A stretch of DNA of 42,255 bases from Acidimicrobiia bacterium (lineage in GTDB: Bacteria; Actinomycetota; Acidimicrobiia; IMCC26256; Chersky-534). A program made the translations under genes and the position numbers. A model generated the notes under the pieces. The model saw only the letters and a program-made list of their open reading frames with translations. It was not told the origin of the DNA and did no database searches. Below are positions 41,228 through 42,255 of the stretch, in pieces; position 1 is the first letter of the stretch, and each line of letters opens with the position of its first letter. The stretch is taken from contig JADGOM010000013.1 in the NCBI GenBank assembly GCA_017882925.1, positions 1 to 42,255 on the forward strand, in the 5' to 3' direction.

Positions 41228-42255
41228 GTGACCGCGACCGCCCCCGAGTCGACGTGGTCCGGGACCAGCGCGGCCGAGGTGGCCGCGCTCGGGCCCGGCG
41301 ACGTCCTGGCGCGGCTCGGCACGACGGTCGACGGGCTCACGAGCCACGAGGCCCTCCGCCGGGCCGGGCAGGTGGGATCCAACACCGTGCGCACGCAGCG
41401 CACCCGGTGGTGGGTGGTGCTCGGCCGCCAGCTGCACAGCGCGCTGTTCCTCCTGCTGGTCGTCACCGCGGCGCTGTCGTTCTTCGTGGGCAGCAAGTCC
41501 GACGCGGTGATCATCGGCGTCATCCTGGCGATCTCGATCGGGCTCGGCTTCGTCAACGAGTTCCGGGCCGAGCTCGCGGCCGAGGCGCTGCACACGCAGA
41601 TCCACCACGACGTCGTCGTGCGCCGCGACGGCCGCGCGACCTCGCTCGACGCCCGGGAGCTGGTGCCGGGCGACGTGGTCCGGTTGAGCATGGGCGAGCT
41701 GGTGCCGGCCGACGTGCGCGTCCTCACCACCGACTCGCTCGAGTGCGACGAGTCGATCCTCACCGGCGAGTCGGTGGCCGCGGTGAAGTCGCCGGCGCCC
41801 GTCGCCGCGGGGACGGGCCTGGCCGACACGTCGTCATGCGCCTACATGGGCACCATCGTGCAGTCGGGATCCGCGCTGGCGGTGGTCGTCGCGACCGGCA
41901 CGCGCACCGAGTTCGGCCGTATCGCGGTGGGCCTCACCGACCGCCGCCACGAGACCGAGTTCCAGAAGGGCCTGCGGGAGTTCTCGGTGCTCCTGGTCCG
42001 CGTCGCCGGTGTGCTGACCACGTCGATCCTGGTCATCAACCTCCTCCTCCACCGCAACTTCCTGGAGTCGGTGCTCTTCTCGCTCGCCATCGCGGTCGGC
42101 ATCACGCCCCAGCTGCTCCCGGCCGTCGTCACCACCAGCCTCGCGGCGGGGTCACGGCGCCTGGCCCACAAGAAGGTCCTCGTCAAGCGGCTGGTGAGCA
42201 TCGAGGACCTCGGCAACATCGAGCTGCTGCTCACCGACAAGACCGGCACGCTCAC
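41228..42255 (+). CDS. Cation-transporting P-type ATPase, 5' part only (runs off the window); MgtA-like TM4 motif
   Basis: Hand translation from GTG 41228: ...GLTSHEALRRAGQVGSN..., LTGES, GITPQLLPAVVT, and DKTGTL at the window edge. Not present in the ORF track. The GTG is the first in-frame start after the flavodoxin stop. Confidence 0.8.
   Translation, partial: MTATAPESTWSGTSAAEVAALGPGDVLARLGTTVDGLTSHEALRRAGQVGSNTVRTQRTRWWVVLGRQLHSALFLLLVVTAALSFFVGSKSDAVIIGVILAISIGLGFVNEFRAELAAEALHTQIHHDVVVRRDGRATSLDARELVPGDVVRLSMGELVPADVRVLTTDSLECDESILTGESVAAVKSPAPVAAGTGLADTSSCAYMGTIVQSGSALAVVVATGTRTEFGRIAVGLTDRRHETEFQKGLREFSVLLVRVAGVLTTSILVINLLLHRNFLESVLFSLAIAVGITPQLLPAVVTTSLAAGSRRLAHKKVLVKRLVSIEDLGNIELLLTDKTGTL

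Noticed and set aside
40525-42255. Minus-strand ORFs 40525..41829 (434 aa) and 41842..42255 (137 aa)
   Set aside because: They are antisense to the flavodoxin-like and P-type ATPase genes, which contain diagnostic motifs (YGNT loop; TGES, DKTGTL).
1-42255. Mobile elements, prophage or defence-system genes (integrase, transposase, restriction enzymes, Cas, toxin-antitoxin pairs)
   Set aside because: No ORF with such motifs was found in any frame. GC content and codon bias look uniform apart from short AT-richer promoter patches. The P-loop domain of the Rv2004c-like protein is not accompanied by any antitoxin-like partner.

Overview
High-GC (about 70%) actinobacterial-type chromosomal segment. 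It is densely packed, with about 45 genes, and many neighbouring genes share ATGA/GTGA/TTGA stop-start overlaps. I found no rRNA, tRNA, CRISPR array, transposase or integrase. Many long ORFs in the six-frame track are Arg/Ala/Pro/Gly-rich antisense or run-through artefacts of the GC content. True genes were picked by family motifs, third-position GC bias, Shine-Dalgarno (SD) sequences and coupling to neighbours.

Modules, left to right:
(1) 64..231, an untracked 55-aa ORF with its own terminator.
(2) 399..6490, one minus-strand operon: pterin-4a-carbinolamine dehydratase, a membrane-anchored protein, MobA, FdhD, a YdeP/FdhF-like molybdoenzyme and two IMPase-family phosphatases.
(3) 6541..7949, an SOS (LexA) box in front of an apparently leaderless SplB/Rv2578c-like radical SAM gene plus a DUF971 protein.
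(4) 8004..19050, a long minus-strand run encoding a Liv-type ABC importer whose LivF ATPase is fused to a full MFS transporter domain. It also carries a fused LivH/LivM permease, LivG, a binding protein, an alpha/beta hydrolase, a GH4 glycosidase, a YczE-like membrane protein and a Gfo/Idh/MocA oxidoreductase.
(5) 19206..25372, a hydroxyacid dehydrogenase, an FGGY kinase, a small HicB-like protein, an SRPBCC protein and two amidohydrolases.
(6) 26031..28331, an arsenic island: arsR divergent from arsI/cadI, a MIP channel and arsC, with no ArsB/Acr3.
(7) 28388..42255, a DosS/DosR (DevS/DevR)-type two-component system surrounded by dormancy-regulon-type genes. These are a CBS protein, single and tandem USPs, an Rv2004c-like kinase fusion, a PNPOx-fold protein, a flavodoxin-like protein and a P-type ATPase, plus ornithine carbamoyltransferase/carbamate kinase, an ABC exporter, a GNAT and a secreted haem-binding-domain protein.

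The most interesting signal is a 20-bp DosR-box-like motif (AGGG-N3-AAGGTCCC, same half-site spacing as the mycobacterial DosR box). It occurs six times, always 33-86 nt upstream of an operon start in module 7 and always in the same orientation relative to the downstream gene. The second is the MFS-LivF fusion.
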